From Chlorokybus atmophyticus (Eukaryota; Plantae; Mesostigma and Chlorokybus algae): 36,241 nucleotides of DNA. The notes beneath the pieces were generated by a model that saw only the letters and a program-made list of their open reading frames with translations, was not told the origin of the DNA and searched no databases. Position numbers and translations under genes: made by a program. Each line of letters opens with the position of its first letter. The stretch's first letter is position 1. This document shows, one piece after another, positions 1 to 12,477 of the stretch. The stretch is taken from positions 15,893-52,133 of the forward strand of contig RHPI01001043.1 in assembly GCA_009103225.1 (NCBI GenBank). Direction: 5' to 3'.

Positions 1-187
1 TCAAGGGTGGCTGCTTCTAGCCCACCCCACCCAACGACCATAAACACGCACATATTTAAGACACGCAGCACACTGTGTGCACACACATGCGCCGCCATCT
101 GTCCTGCCTTGCGCACACTCATCCCTTCAAGCTGCGGCCTGCGTTACGAGCTGGGGGATGGTGCGTTGGCGGTTGCGGTTTCCGGCG

Positions 188-3100
188 ATGGAGGCTGCCG
201 TCAAATATGCCGCAAGCGCTACGGTCATGGTGTTAGCGTCCATCTGGCCAAGGTCAGTGCGCGGAGACTGCCATTTCTGTGTTGACGCACATGTGTTCAT
301 CTTGGTCTTCACCTGCTGCAACCATGTGTGCGGTGGGGCTGTCTCTCGTCCTCTCTTTGCATGAGTCTGCCTTCCACTGTCTGCGTGCGTGCGCATGTCA
401 CCTAGACGATGGGCACGACTCTGCATATGTGCTCATGGGTGTGCACTTGCAGGGTAACGCGCACGTCCGTTGCTTACCCCTCCGGCAAGGGCAAGCTCAT
501 CTCCCCCAAGCCCGTGCCATTCATTGAGGTGGTGGATGGCGCGCCGCGTATAACGGACGAGAGCAAGGAGCTTCTGCGCGAGGCCTCCTTGCAGGGCCTG
601 CCTGTGGAGGTTTTGGCCGTTGCCGGAGAAAAGCGGACGGGCAAGAGCTTCCTGGCGAAGCAATTTACGGGAGCCGGCGTCCCGCTGAATGCGTTTTCGC
701 GGGAGGATGGTGCAGTGGGTTTTGCCATCTCGCACAGCACGACTCCACAGGTACACTGCAACCATTCCACTCCTGCCTCCGATGCACTTGTCTGTGTGTG
801 CGCGCGTGCATGTGTGTGCGTGCGTGTTTTGGGGGAGGGGGCGTGAGCACCTGCCGAAGTAGTTGTGGTATGCACTTGTATTCTTCAACCACAATCCTAT
901 GGTAACATGTATGGCTTTTACTTGGTAGACAAGCGGCATCAATCTCTGGGGTTACACCCTGGACGATCGTTTGGTCTTCGTGTTGGACACTGAGGGCTCT
1001 ACCATTCGGCGAATGACCAAGTCGACAGACTCATCTGCACGCTGGCGCTGCTGCTCCCAAGCACCCTCCTGTACAACGTCATGGGTAAAGTTACACAACC
1101 ACGTTGTCATGCATTTCACCTCAGTTACAAGCAACTTCTACAACCCCAAACTTAGCAAGTCATTTCGCACTTGCTGGTTGTTGCCTTACTCTTTCTTATT
1201 GCTCTGTTTTCTATACCATGTGCAGGGTCGAAGCTGACCAACCTTGAAGCGCAAGCTGTGCGAAGCTTCTGCATAGTGGCTGCGCAGTTGGCTGAGGATG
1301 AGCAGCAGGGCGTTGGTGTTGGAGGCGATGATCATGGGCAGCAGGACGCGTCGGTGGCAGCTCCTGCTCTTGCGCCTGCTGTCAGGCCGACACAGCTGCT
1401 GCCGCACCTGCGGGTGCTCTTCAGAGACTGGCAGTGAGTGCTCAACAGCCCTTGTTTTTGCCATTCCAACCTGTTGCTGCGTCAGTCATATCGCTGTTGG
1501 TGTTGCCAACGTGTTGGACAACTGTTGTTGCAAGCCTGAGGTGACAATGCCATGGTTGGCAGGTTAAATCTGGACGGCTTCACAAGCATGGATGACTACG
1601 TACGGGAACAGCTCCGCACAACCACAGGAGGTGTGGCAGGAGGAGGAGAAGTCTTGGGAGTTTCTCCTGTTGAGGAGCTACTGTCTTCAATCCGCGGTGA
1701 CTATCTGCCCCCTCCCGCCATGGCAAGTGCCCTTCCTTTGGCGTTGTCTTTTGCACGATCTTATCAGAAAACTGAATGCCCTCCATGCGTGCGTGCATTG
1801 TTGACAGGAACAACGCTTCCCTGACAACCGCAATTTACCCCCCTTTTCCGTCCTCGCCACCCCCAACAGGGTCTTCTACGACAACGTGGCCAGAGTTTGC
1901 AAAAACATTATGGCGAACGAACAACCCAAGATGCTCCAAGGCTCCATGGGTGCCATTGCCATGACGGCCGCTGGTGAGACAGCTTATAACAGCAGCCCGT
2001 CCTTGAACATCAGTTTTGTGCGTGTGCCTGCATGCCATGGGCAGCGTCCATTGAGCTGGCAATTACTACGCAGAATCTTTACGATTGGCCGAGGGCGTTG
2101 TCCAACAACTACAACCCAACAAGAACAGGCCCCCGTTGCGCATTGCGAGCCTGCACGAAGCCACGATGGCTGCCCTTGTGGAGCAGGCGGTCGACACGTG
2201 GATACCTGACGAGGGCCGCCTGGAGGTATGAGGAATTCGGACTGGGAGCCTGAAAGAAAGACTGTGGGTAATGCACGCGTGCGCGCGCGCGTGCGTGCTT
2301 TCAGAAGTACACGTTGCCATGTGCGCTTGCTCCCGATGAGATCTGGGGTAATCAACTGGCGTGCATTACCAGGTGCTGTGCAAGAAGTTCCCGTTGGAGA
2401 TCGATGACGTTGACCGCCAGCTTAATGATATCTTTGATGATGCTGATGAACTCTGTCGAAAGGCCTCCAAGAAGTTGTGGCCAATGGTGCGGCCCATCGC
2501 GCAGGTAAGTACGAAGGTACCTGTGCCAGTGTGATGACAACGGCTCTTGTTGCGCATCCGTTGTGATACAAGCGAGCCTAGGTTCCCTCTGAGCCATTGG
2601 TGCTGTTGGCAGACTAAGAGGACAATGAAACAACAACAATATATTGTGATGAACGTTTCGGCGTCGGAAGCGCTCTGCGACAAGGTTGCCCATGATATAA
2701 CAGATGGCGCAAACATACGCAAGCAGGTGGTAGCGGTGCACATGCACTTGCAAGTACTCAATGAGCTTGCAATGCAAAGAGGCTCACCTTTGATGGCATT
2801 CATGAACAGGAGTTTGGTGTGGATCAATGCCTTGCGGACAGATATGTTCGAGACAACCTGCGGCAGTACGACCTATTCGCCAAAGGGCCTGCCAAGGAGG
2901 TTAAGCGCCAGCAGGTATGGCACAACCGCGCTCAGACATTGTGATGACATACCCATACGCACGTCACACACGCCATTAACTTCTATGTGTATCAGGTGGA
3001 GGCCGTCTTGTACGGAATCCTAAGGGATGTTTCACTGGCGCACCTTGCACAACTTCAAGCAAAGTTGGCAAAGTAAGTTTGTTTATGATGTCATTGCTTT

Positions 3101-3881
3101 CTAGCTTGTCCCTCTCAATTGCAATGGAATGCTTGTGCACACTGACATGTGTGTCTCTGTTCTCGCTTTTGACGCCTGAATTAGAGCGAACGAGGAACTT
3201 AAAAGGTGGGCAACTGTAGTACGTCAGTCATTGCTTTGCTTCTTTAAGTAGAGTCTTGCCTGAGATTGGGGTCGCTTTGGATGGCTTGTTGCTTGTGTGC
3301 GCTTGAGAGGTGACGCTTGTGCACGCTGACATGTGTCTCTCTCTTCTGGTTGTGACATTTGCTTCAGGGCAAAGGAGGCATATGAAAGGTGAGCTATTGT
3401 AGTACGCCGGTCATTGCGCTGCTTCTTGAAGTAGAGTCTTGCTTGAGATTGGATCTTTGAACGGCTTGTTGCATTTGTGCGCTTGGGTGATACTGTGTTT
3501 ATGTCTTTCATGGTTGGCAGAGCGCAAGAAGAGGAGAACAAGGAGAACAGCAAGGAGTTGCAAGGAAATGTTAACAAGTTGACCAAGACGGTGACTGAGT
3601 TGCAAGACAACTTGAAGAAACAGAGAGAAGAGATGGACAAGTTGAGCAAAAAGGTATGTTGCTGCAGAGAGCATTCAAGTCTTAATAGCACATGACGTGG
3701 CAGCTTGTTCGACAACATTATGCAACACAAGCTAAGCAATCCCACCCCTTTCTCTCCCCGGCAGGGATTCATTGGAAGATGTGCGGATGTCGCTGATGAG
3801 TTCTTTTCGAATGTCGTGAAGTATGTACCAACGGCTCCGCGAGATGTCTTCAAAACGGTGTTAAAGTACTTTTTCACATGA
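188..3881 (+). CDS. Guanylate-binding protein (GBP/atlastin, GB1/RHD3-type) large GTPase, multi-exon; 5' end may extend upstream; one apparent frameshift
   Basis: Hand-spliced GT-AG exons: 188-252, 453-750, 929-1084, 1226-1433, 1563-~1790, 1870-~1972, 2074-2225, 2373-2504, 2613-2726, 2810-2914, 2996-3072, 3185-3205, 3368-3388, 3521-3653, 3765-3881. Motifs: G1 VAGEKRTGKS (hGBP1 GLYRTGKS), G2 region SHSTTPQTSGINLW, G3 VLDTEG, then LALLLPSTLLYNVMG and G4 LFRDW. A helical region and a C-terminal coiled coil follow. One base is missing at ~993-996, and the phase is unresolved at ~1720-1770. Confidence 0.8.
3073..3520 (+). repeat. Tandem duplication (~183-nt period) of an intron plus 21-nt microexon unit inside the GBP gene
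   Basis: Repeated blocks such as tgtagtacg..gtcattgc..gcttct..aagtagagtcttgc.tgagattgg and gcttgtgcac.ctgacatgtgt. Microexons are ag|agcgaacgaggaacttaaaag|gt (3185-3205) and ag|ggcaaaggaggcatatgaaag|gt (3368-3388). Confidence 0.8.
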
Positions 3882-4292
3882 CATGGACAGAAAGTTGTAT
3901 AGTTTAGAATCACTCACAACACGAGAGGTAGGCGTGCATCTTGTTTGTAGGCAAGGATGTTGAGTGTACCAGGGTGGGCAGACACTCTGATGGTGTGTGT
4001 ATTGTATTATGCTGAAGCACTGGGTCACATTCATGTCTGTGTGTCTTGTGGTGCTTGCATTGCACCCTGTTTGCCAAAGCAAACATAGCCAACGAAGTGC
4101 CATGACTACATGTAACATGATAATATGAACCTCACAGCGCACAAGTTCAACAACCAACAGGGCAGCAGAAGTTATAGTAATCTAGCATTGGGTCACATGT
4201 GTGTTAACGCGGGTGTTGTGGGCGCACAAATCCGCACTCCTTCTGTTATACACACATACACCCACAACAACACGTTGCCTGTCCTTTGCGCG

Positions 4293-4296
<4 letters not shown>

Positions 4297-4344
<48 letters not shown>
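4297..4344. repeat. (CT)n microsatellite running into an assembly gap
   Basis: Direct reading of ctctct... up to the first N. Confidence 0.95.
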
Positions 4345-4783
4345 NNNNNNNNNNNNNNNNNNNNNNNNNNNNNNNNNNNNNNNNNNNNNNNNNNNNNNNN
4401 NNNNNNNNNNNNNNNNNNNNNNNNNNNNNNNNNNNNNNNNNNNNNNNNNNNNNNNNNNNNNNNNNNNNNNNNNNNNNNNNNNNNNNNNNNNNNNNNNNNN
4501 NNNNNNNNNNNNNNNNNNNNNNNNNNNNNNNNNNNNNNNNNNNNNNNNNNNNNNNNNNNNNNNNNNNNNNNNNNNNNNNNNNNNNNNNNNNNNNNNNNNN
4601 NNNNNNNNNNNNNNNNNNNNNNNNNNNNNNNNNNNNNNNNNNNNNNNNNNNNNNNNNNNNNNNNNNNNNNNNNNNNNNNNNNNNNNNNNNNNNNNNNNNN
4701 NNNNNNNNNNNNNNNNNNNNNNNNNNNNNNNNNNNNNNNNNNNNNNNNNNNNNNNNNNNNNNNNNNNNNNNNNNNNNNNNNNN
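4345..4783. other. Assembly gap (N run)
   Basis: Continuous n characters. Confidence 0.99.
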
Positions 4784-7084
4784 GCGGGGGGGCAGAGGGC
4801 AGCAAACAGACAAGCAGTTGCTATTGGACACAATGCTACTCGTCAATACACATGCTGCAACCCGCTTTAGCTCATCCCATCAAGGCAAGATATTGGTGGT
4901 GGTGGTGAGCAGTGCATGGCTCATCATACACAGCTGATTAAGCTTCAAACAGAAAGCTCCATTTGCCACAAACACAACTATGACAGCCGGGTACTTGCTG
5001 TTGTTGGTATGGTTTGTGATGTTGTCTTCATTGTTGCACGTTTAGGCTACCACTAGTCAAGTGGTGACTTTCCTCAAGTCATGAGAGTTTGCATGTATGC
5101 ACTTGTACTGAACTGCCGCAGCGTCTTGTGTGATTGCAGTGTCGCCATGTTTTGACAAGCTGTGAGTTACTCACACAAGCGGGATGCATGCGCTTTGTGT
5201 TTGATATGTGTCTCATGCGACACATGGCAATACAGGGGTGTGCACGTGCATGTGCACGCCTGTGTAATATCATGTCTGCATGTGTGCGGGCGCGTGTGTG
5301 CCTTTGGGCAAGAAGGAGGGGTGGGGTGGGAGGGGGAGGGGATGACTCATTGCGGCTTTGAGCTGCAACAACAATAACACCAACAGCAACGACAATGACA
5401 ACGACAACAATAACAACGTGGTTACTAGCAACACCAGCTTGTCCTAGAAAAATTTCTTTGCAACTTGCACTGCTTTGGCAACCGGTCGCGCACGAGTTGT
5501 GGACAACACAAACAACTTTCGCGTATGAGGACACAATCTGTTTGGAGAAGAGAGAACGGAAAGACGGGAACATAACGATGCGAGGAGAAGTTCCAACTTC
5601 CTCTCTCTTCAAGCTCCATGACAGAGAGCGAGCAAGTGAGCATGTGAACCAGTGTTCTTTTGCGCGAGCTGTATCACGTCATTGCAAATGCATACACAGC
5701 TTGCCTCAGTCTCATTTACACGCAGGATTGTTTGATGTACTATTCCTGCCTGGTGAGTTGTCATCGTAGTCATTGTCGACGAACATTGCAGCTGTGAGCA
5801 CGCGGCATGGGACACTATGACATGATACTGCACTTGGTACGCTTGTGCGTGGTTTCGGGGTACGCAAACCAGCAGCTGCGCAACATGTCACAGCTTAAGT
5901 ATGCGTGCTGGTATGGGTCAACAACTTCAACAACATTGCTAGTAGTATTTGAAAATGCCAGTAGTGCCTAAACTATCTCTTTGGCGAGGGGTATGAACGC
6001 CCGTGTGCCCATGGCTTTAAAGTATGCTGCGTCCGCCTGCATGCCGAACTCCATGTCAAAGGTGATGAAGGGCGGGGCCCCCAAACGTATTAATGCACTT
6101 GAACCGCCAACAACTGCGAGTATTGCAAGGGGAAAGCTCTGAGTGCCACATGGTGCGTGTTACATTACAAGCGTATACGTGTGCGTATGCGCATGTGTGC
6201 ATCTGTGCCTGTGCGTGTGCGTGTATGTGTGCGCGCACAAGCACGATACTCACTTGTGGGCCGTCTGCAGAGATGAGCCCGGCAGCTAGCGAATACGACA
6301 TGAAAGTGTTCCCGTCACCGGGGCCGAGGGCGTGAGTCCCATGGTTCATCGTAACACGCTCTCGGCTCGGCATACTGACCCGCAACGCCTCATAATCATT
6401 CACGTACATGATCATCCTGAGGATTCAAGAATATCGGTCCGAGGTGAATCTCTTTGTCATACCATCAACGTGCACACGGACAGCACGTCCTACCACTGTG
6501 TGTGTGCGTGTGCGTGTGCGCACGTTCGCATGTTTGCGTGCGCGTGCGCGTACCTGCATGCAAGCAGGCACACCCATGCACACGAGCACACACGCACTTA
6601 CCCACACATGCAAGCACATGCTTGTGACACACATGCCCAAACATGCAGCAGTCACAACGCAGGCAAGTCTCCGCTGGGTTTCTACAACAAGGCCAAACTG
6701 TGCGCGGACCAGACAAATGTTGCCCGCACGCACCCGACCACAACCTACTTCCAAAAGACATTCGCACTTGCAGGCGCACACTGCGCGCACACTTACGGGG
6801 CCGACAGCTTGCCTGAGGGCCATGTCGAGTCACCAAACGAGGAGTAAGTCCACATTGAGCCCGGCTGCCCGTCATCCTTATAACTCCACGCGCTATAAGT
6901 TTTGAACTCACTCAGCCATTACTGCACATGATTGCATATGAGCCTCTACACACATAAAAACACATCATGATTATATGCACCGCAATGCATACTTTGTATA
7001 CATACCCACATGACCACATACCCTCATTACCTTTGTATGCAGCGTGTCGGGTTCGAGCACGGCAAAGCCACAGTTGCAGTGAGT

Positions 7085-7460
7085 GAAGCCTCAAGCTGAA
7101 GACAATTGAATCGTCTCGTTTTGGGCATCTCCACAGCGAGGCGGCTCACCTGTCCACGGGCTTGAGCAGATTGTTGATGTTGCTATTGTTTGCAGGGAGG
7201 AGCGTCACGTTGATGCGCTTTCGCCGTGTACGTTTCATTTGGCGATCGAGATGCATGGCACGCTGGGAGAGGATATCCAGCGTGTCCTCTATTTGTGTGT
7301 GCAACGCGTCATATCAGCGCGAGAGTCGGAGCAGCGCAGGCTGAAGGGGTTTGCATAATTGTGCGAGTGGGCAGTTAGCGTGTCGCTTGCGCCTTGCAGC
7401 GCGTGTAGGCCCTCGCCATCATGGAGCAGGCACGGCGCAGCAGCGGTAGCAGGGATGGGT
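7085..7460 (+). mobile_element. Degenerate 3' fragment of a restriction-like-endonuclease (CRE/R2-type) non-LTR retrotransposon
   Basis: Plus-strand translation gives ..EQIVDVAIV..CTFHLAIEMHGTLGEDIQRVL.. and, after a shift, *RVACALQRV*ALAIMEQ. These resemble the RLE C-terminal motifs DVTV, F.PFAVET.G.LG and QRLSVALQR.QA. The stops look like C>T decay of CAG/CGA. Confidence 0.4.
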
Positions 7461-8025
7461 AAGAAGACATTGGTGTCACATGGCTGCCCAACCACTGAGG
7501 CGGACACCGCGCTTGCGTAGGATATGGTTGCTGGCGCATTGGATTGTGTTGTTGGTGTTTGAGAATGTGACTGTGGTGTAGGAAGCTATGCGTGCTGATA
7601 TGACCGCTTGCTGTATGTCACGTATAAAGGGGTGGTTTTAAATGACAGAGACGACCTTCAATCTACTCCAAACCGCATGAACAGTGTATATATGCTGTTT
7701 ACAGACATACACGCGCACACGGTCGCTTACTGAGTGGTTGTCGAGCCACGAAGCATGCATAACAAGACAACAAACAATCGACGTACACAACTTTGTTGAG
7801 CAGAGATAAATAGCAACAGTAAGTTACCTAGTTCTCGCTCAAACACCTGCCCTACGCAAGCTACGCTGCGACAAACAACTTACTACTAAGAGAAGCAGAA
7901 GCAAGAGCACCCAGGTGCGGTTGGTTACTAGTAATATCCTGCGCATACCTGGCTCCTAATTATCTTAACCTGTACAAAGCTTTGCTGGGAACTGCCATGC
8001 AGTTCCCAGCCTTAGGACCTCAGTG

Positions 8026-10515
8026 TCAAGCAGGGCTGGGCACCACATTATGGGTGTTGGGCTTCATCTCCAGGTGGACGGCAGGCATCTCCACACCATC
8101 CTCGCCGACAACTTTGCCTTGGTCATTCACTGTCATTGGCAGCGCGGGCTGGTCGTCACCAAGATCAAGCTTGGATGATCGCGCCTCCATCCGTTTGATG
8201 TACGCATCAACGCGCTTGCCAACTGTGCAAGAAAGAGTCAGAATAAAGCGCTTACCAGTAAGCAAGGGCCATGACCTGCGAAAACTTGCTTACTTGGCCA
8301 TTCCGACATGCGGAACTTCCAGAAGTTGATTCTGAAGGTGACAAATTTGCAGCAGAAGTAAGACGCAAGGCCCATGATGGCGCCGTAGGCGATGTTGTTG
8401 GTGAAGGGCATGGTGATGATGGTGAGGAAGGCCGGGATGGCCTCAGTCAGATCCATCCAATTGATTTCAATAACAGATTCCAGGAAGATGACAACCCCAA
8501 TCAGCATCAAGATGGGTCCCGTTGCTATGTCAGGAATTGGCCCAGCAAAGATGGGGGAGAAGAACACGCACAAGAAGAACAGGAGGGCGCAGACGAGAGC
8601 GGTGATCCCAGTGCGACCACCGTCTCGCACAGCAGCTGCAGACTCTACGTATGTGGTGATGGAAGAGGTGCCCAGGACGCCTCCCAGGGTGGTGCCGAGA
8701 CCGTCCGAGAGGAAGGCCCAGTTGCAGCGTGGGATCTCGCCTGTTTATTGATGTGTATCAGATATATGTTATTTTCTGGTAATGATATTGTGTTCAGTTG
8801 TACGCATTGATGCATGCAGTCACTCGCCTGTCTTCTTGTCGAGGATGCCCATCAGCTGACCCATGGAGTAGAAGGTGATGCAGCTGCCGATGAAGTCCAG
8901 GTACAGGAAGGTGATGAAGGCTGCATTCATGCACAAAGAAGAATGAGCGTCAGCGGACACGACAGCAGCAAAGCCTCACAAAAGCACACAGCACAGCATT
9001 GCCCCACCCTCCACGAGTGTCTTCGTGTTGTCGCCCCAGTGGAAGTCGAGGTTGCCAGCAGTCTCGTGGAACTTGGGTGTGCGAACAACGCTGTCGGGGG
9101 CAGTGGTATGCCAGCGGATCCACGTGATGAAGGTGGTGAAGAGGATACCAATGAGCATGGCTGCATTCACTCGGTAGAGCATGAGGAGGCCCGTAAGAAA
9201 GAGACCTGCCATAGCTAGCCAGGGACAGCGCGGGGCCCCGTTGGCATCCAGCGCGCAGATGTTGAAGTCCGGGTTGAGCTTTGTCAATGTGGGAGGCGAG
9301 TTCTGAATGATGAAACCGTTCTGCTTCACTCCCACCCACGCAATGAACACACCGATACCTGTAACGAGTCAGGAAGAAGTTCAAGGCTAGCTGGCACGTG
9401 CACATTCACCATTTATGCATGTGTAGCCATAAATATAAGCGTACCACAAGCGCCTGCCATGAGGACGGTCGTCGGGAAGAGCTTGAGCAGGACAGAACGC
9501 ATGCCAACACAAGCTATGGCAGTGAAGACAAGGCCCTCAAGGAAGACAGCCGCCAAAGCCTGCCATGGTCTATCAGTAAGAGTCTCTCACTGCGTGGTTT
9601 AACAGCGGGGGTCGTGTTCAACAGTTCACACCTGGGGATAGGGGGTCTCGTAGCAGGTCTGAGTGGGGTCGTCAGCGCAAGGGTGGGGCTTGACGACGTT
9701 GTAGACAAAATATACCTGTGGATTGATACCTGTCAGTGCGCAAGTACAACAAGTCGAAGTTGGTATACATATGTTGCAAAGCGTACGTTGGTGCCAAGCT
9801 GAACGGAGCACACCCTGCATGCGCAAACAGAGGAAAATCTGCGTTAGCGCACTGAGCTGCAAGATGGTAGCTTGCATTTGGGTTGCTGCTTACCATGGGT
9901 AGTTGCCAGCAATTGCCATGATGAGTGTTGCAAACCTGCACGCACACATGCTATCAGCCCCTGAATTGACAACGAAAGACCTTGGCACAGGGGATAAACA
10001 TCTTGCAAGCAGAGAAGCAATGGCCACGGCTACGAACCCTGTGGAGATGGCTGTCGCGAGCAAGATGTCATCCTGCCGGACACATACAACCAGTTCCCAA
10101 AGTCAGCATGCTTGTCTCTGCATTGGTTGACAAAGTGTCACATCCGGTCGCATTGCTTACCTTAGGCATGCCGGCGGCAGAGAGGATGAGAGGGTTGAGG
10201 AAAAGAATGTAAGCGCTCGTCATAAACAGCGTGAACCCCGCCCTGAGCAGCAGAGAGAAGCAGTGCCAGAATCAGTGAAAACACCACACCACATGCACAG
10301 AGGCAAGACAATGCTGTAGGGCAAACGCCTGCACAATGCTGGGCGTCCAAGAGTCAGTGCAGTTGTGCATGCGACGAGGCAAGGGGAGCAACCACAGCGA
10401 GTGCACCGCATGCATTGCACCTGAGCTCGGTGAGCCATGAGGACTTGCGCCGTCTGATCTGGAAGAAGTCGTTCAGCTTCTTCTCCGGCCCGGCCAGAAA
10501 CGCCGGCAACTTCAT
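8026..10515 (-). CDS. AzgA/AZG-family (NCS2) adenine/guanine/hypoxanthine-type nucleobase permease, multi-exon
   Basis: Spliced translation: MKLPAFLAGPEKKLNDFFQIRRRKSSWLTELR|AGFTLFMTSAYILFLNPLIL..ATAISTG|FATLIMAIAGNYPW..QALAAVFLEGLVF..GIGVFIAWVG..SDGLGTTLGGVLGTSSITTYVESAAAVRDGGRTGITA..ATGPILMLIG..AIPAFLTIITMPFTNNIAYG. The ESAA..GGRTG and PAFLTI..MPFT..IAYG motifs are typical of AzgA/PbuG. Exon 1 is 10515-10421, exon 2 is 10242-10161 and the stop is at 8026-8028. Confidence 0.92.
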
Positions 10516-12477
10516 CTCCACCACGTGACACAGACTACCAACTCCCGACAGCACCACCACCGGCGTCGCCACCAAGCAGCAACAGCCACAGCTAGTGACT
10601 CCTGCCTCAAGACCTCTTCACTGTCAGCCTTCACTGCCACAATGCAGCGTAGTTGGGCGCGGAGCTTTCAACCCGACCTGGAAAACCGCTGCCCCTGAAA
10701 TAATTGTTTCCTCGGCAGTATTACTGCCGAGGTCCTGAAAGACAACGGAATGCAGACGGGTGTAGGTAGAAGTTCCGGGGATCCGGGGCTTTTAAGGCCG
10801 TCTCTTGCGCGTTGCAAGTGGTGCGAACAGCCGGAGACCGGCCGCGCAGCCGGTGGCGCGCCGGCCGCGGGCACCTCACGTGACACAGTGTGGTCGCCCT
10901 CAGCGAGACGAGAGAGACGAGAGCCTACGTGCCGAGGTGGGAGGTGAGGGCATGATTTCGTCCCTGCGAGTCTAATGTTGATTATTACGGTGGAGCATCA
11001 GCGGTCCTAATTGTGGTATGACATGTCTCGTAGTCCGTCATGAGTCATGACTCTTGAGTCCTCTTGCGCTGCATTTGAGCAGTTGGTCTCTGCCTGTGTC
11101 GTGTGGCGGGGCTTCTTCGGGGCGCGGAAGGACGGTCCTTGATGAAAGCAAGCAAGTCCGGTAAAGAGTCCAGGCCACCCTCCATGTAAGCACACCTGTT
11201 AATGTGTCCCTTGCTGTAATACCTGTGATACCAATAGTACCTGCAAGCCTTGCAATGCAAGCCTTGTGAGTACTATTGCAGAGCACACATGTTCCTCCAA
11301 CTCAGATGTTTCGTGATTATTAACATGTAATGTGACTGCAGTCTCGTTACTTTACTGGTACCAGCATTGGTATAAGTAAAGTAGTAGTGTTAATTTTTCG
11401 TATACAGCATTACATCAATGGCGAGCGCACACTCAATACGTTTCACGCAATCGGTAACATTATTATATGTGCGGCGATTCCTGCGCAAGTGAGAGTTTTG
11501 GATGATTGAACCGAACGCAGCACCAGTAGCATGCCTACGCAATACAATGTGAGTTCCTTGTACATATTATACAAAGTTTGCATTATTAACCAATTGCGAC
11601 ATAGATTGTATGTATATCCTTGTTCATGCTATTATAACAGTGCAAATGCAATGCTATGTGTACATGCTGAAACATCCGTGCAGTCGGCAAGCATGGGGTA
11701 CACTGTATAGGCAATGTGCTTTTGGCTTGCTCACTTATTCACATCCATGATGTAATTGCAGGTGCAGCACGATCATACGCTACAGGTGTGGCCGCTGCGG
11801 CCATGGCCACACCCACACCCACACGAGCAAGTTGGCCGTGTGGGCGACCGCTTATGTGGTGTAGCAATTGCATGCAGCATTCACGTGTTCATTCAGTCGG
11901 TCTATGCATCTTGCCATGTGTTAATGGCTCCATCAGTTACTGCATCATTCACTTAGCATTGTTGGCAAATGCTAAACTGTTTGGTGTACAAAACAACCAT
12001 GCGAATCTATCCAATACATGTACCTACTTCGGGGTTTGCCATGTGCAACTTTTGCACGTTATGTATGTATACATGGATTCGCAAAATAAGACATGTACAT
12101 GTGTAAGCAAAGTTGTTTCGCCTTACCAACTGAACGGCCAATTCATAGCCCCACTTTACAGAGGACTTGTGAAGCCCTATGAAAGGCTCCGTCATATCTA
12201 ATTGTACTCCCGAGAGTGCAGAGCTCGGCACTCGCAAGACACAACATATATGAGCATACACCACTATTTATATATGAATCGCTACTCAGCTCATCGACAC
12301 CGAGGTTGTGTATGTGTTGTTTGTACCTATGTAGTTTTCCTGTAGATATCAGTTGGATCTGCTAATTGAAGGATAGTATATTATACGTCTAGCAATTGTT
12401 GCTTGCTGGTGGAATTTGTACAAGCCACAAGCATCAACAGCATGTACACGGCCGTTGTAAGTGCCAATGGCCATCTC

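Noticed and set aside
4125-4937. ORFs of 190-270 aa spanning the gap
   Set aside because: They consist of N bases and (CT)n, so they are not real coding sequence.
5000-6910. Possible exons (e.g. 6662-6843 GKSPLGFYNKAKLCADQ.., 6269-6331) and an Asn/Thr-rich triplet tract at ~5365-5415
   Set aside because: Some splice-like borders are present, but I could not build a consistent reading frame or recognise a family. Left unannotated pending RNA-seq.
11000-12400. Short ORFs between the permease and gene A
   Set aside because: No recognisable motifs or coherent exon chain; the sequence is AT-richer and intergenic-like.
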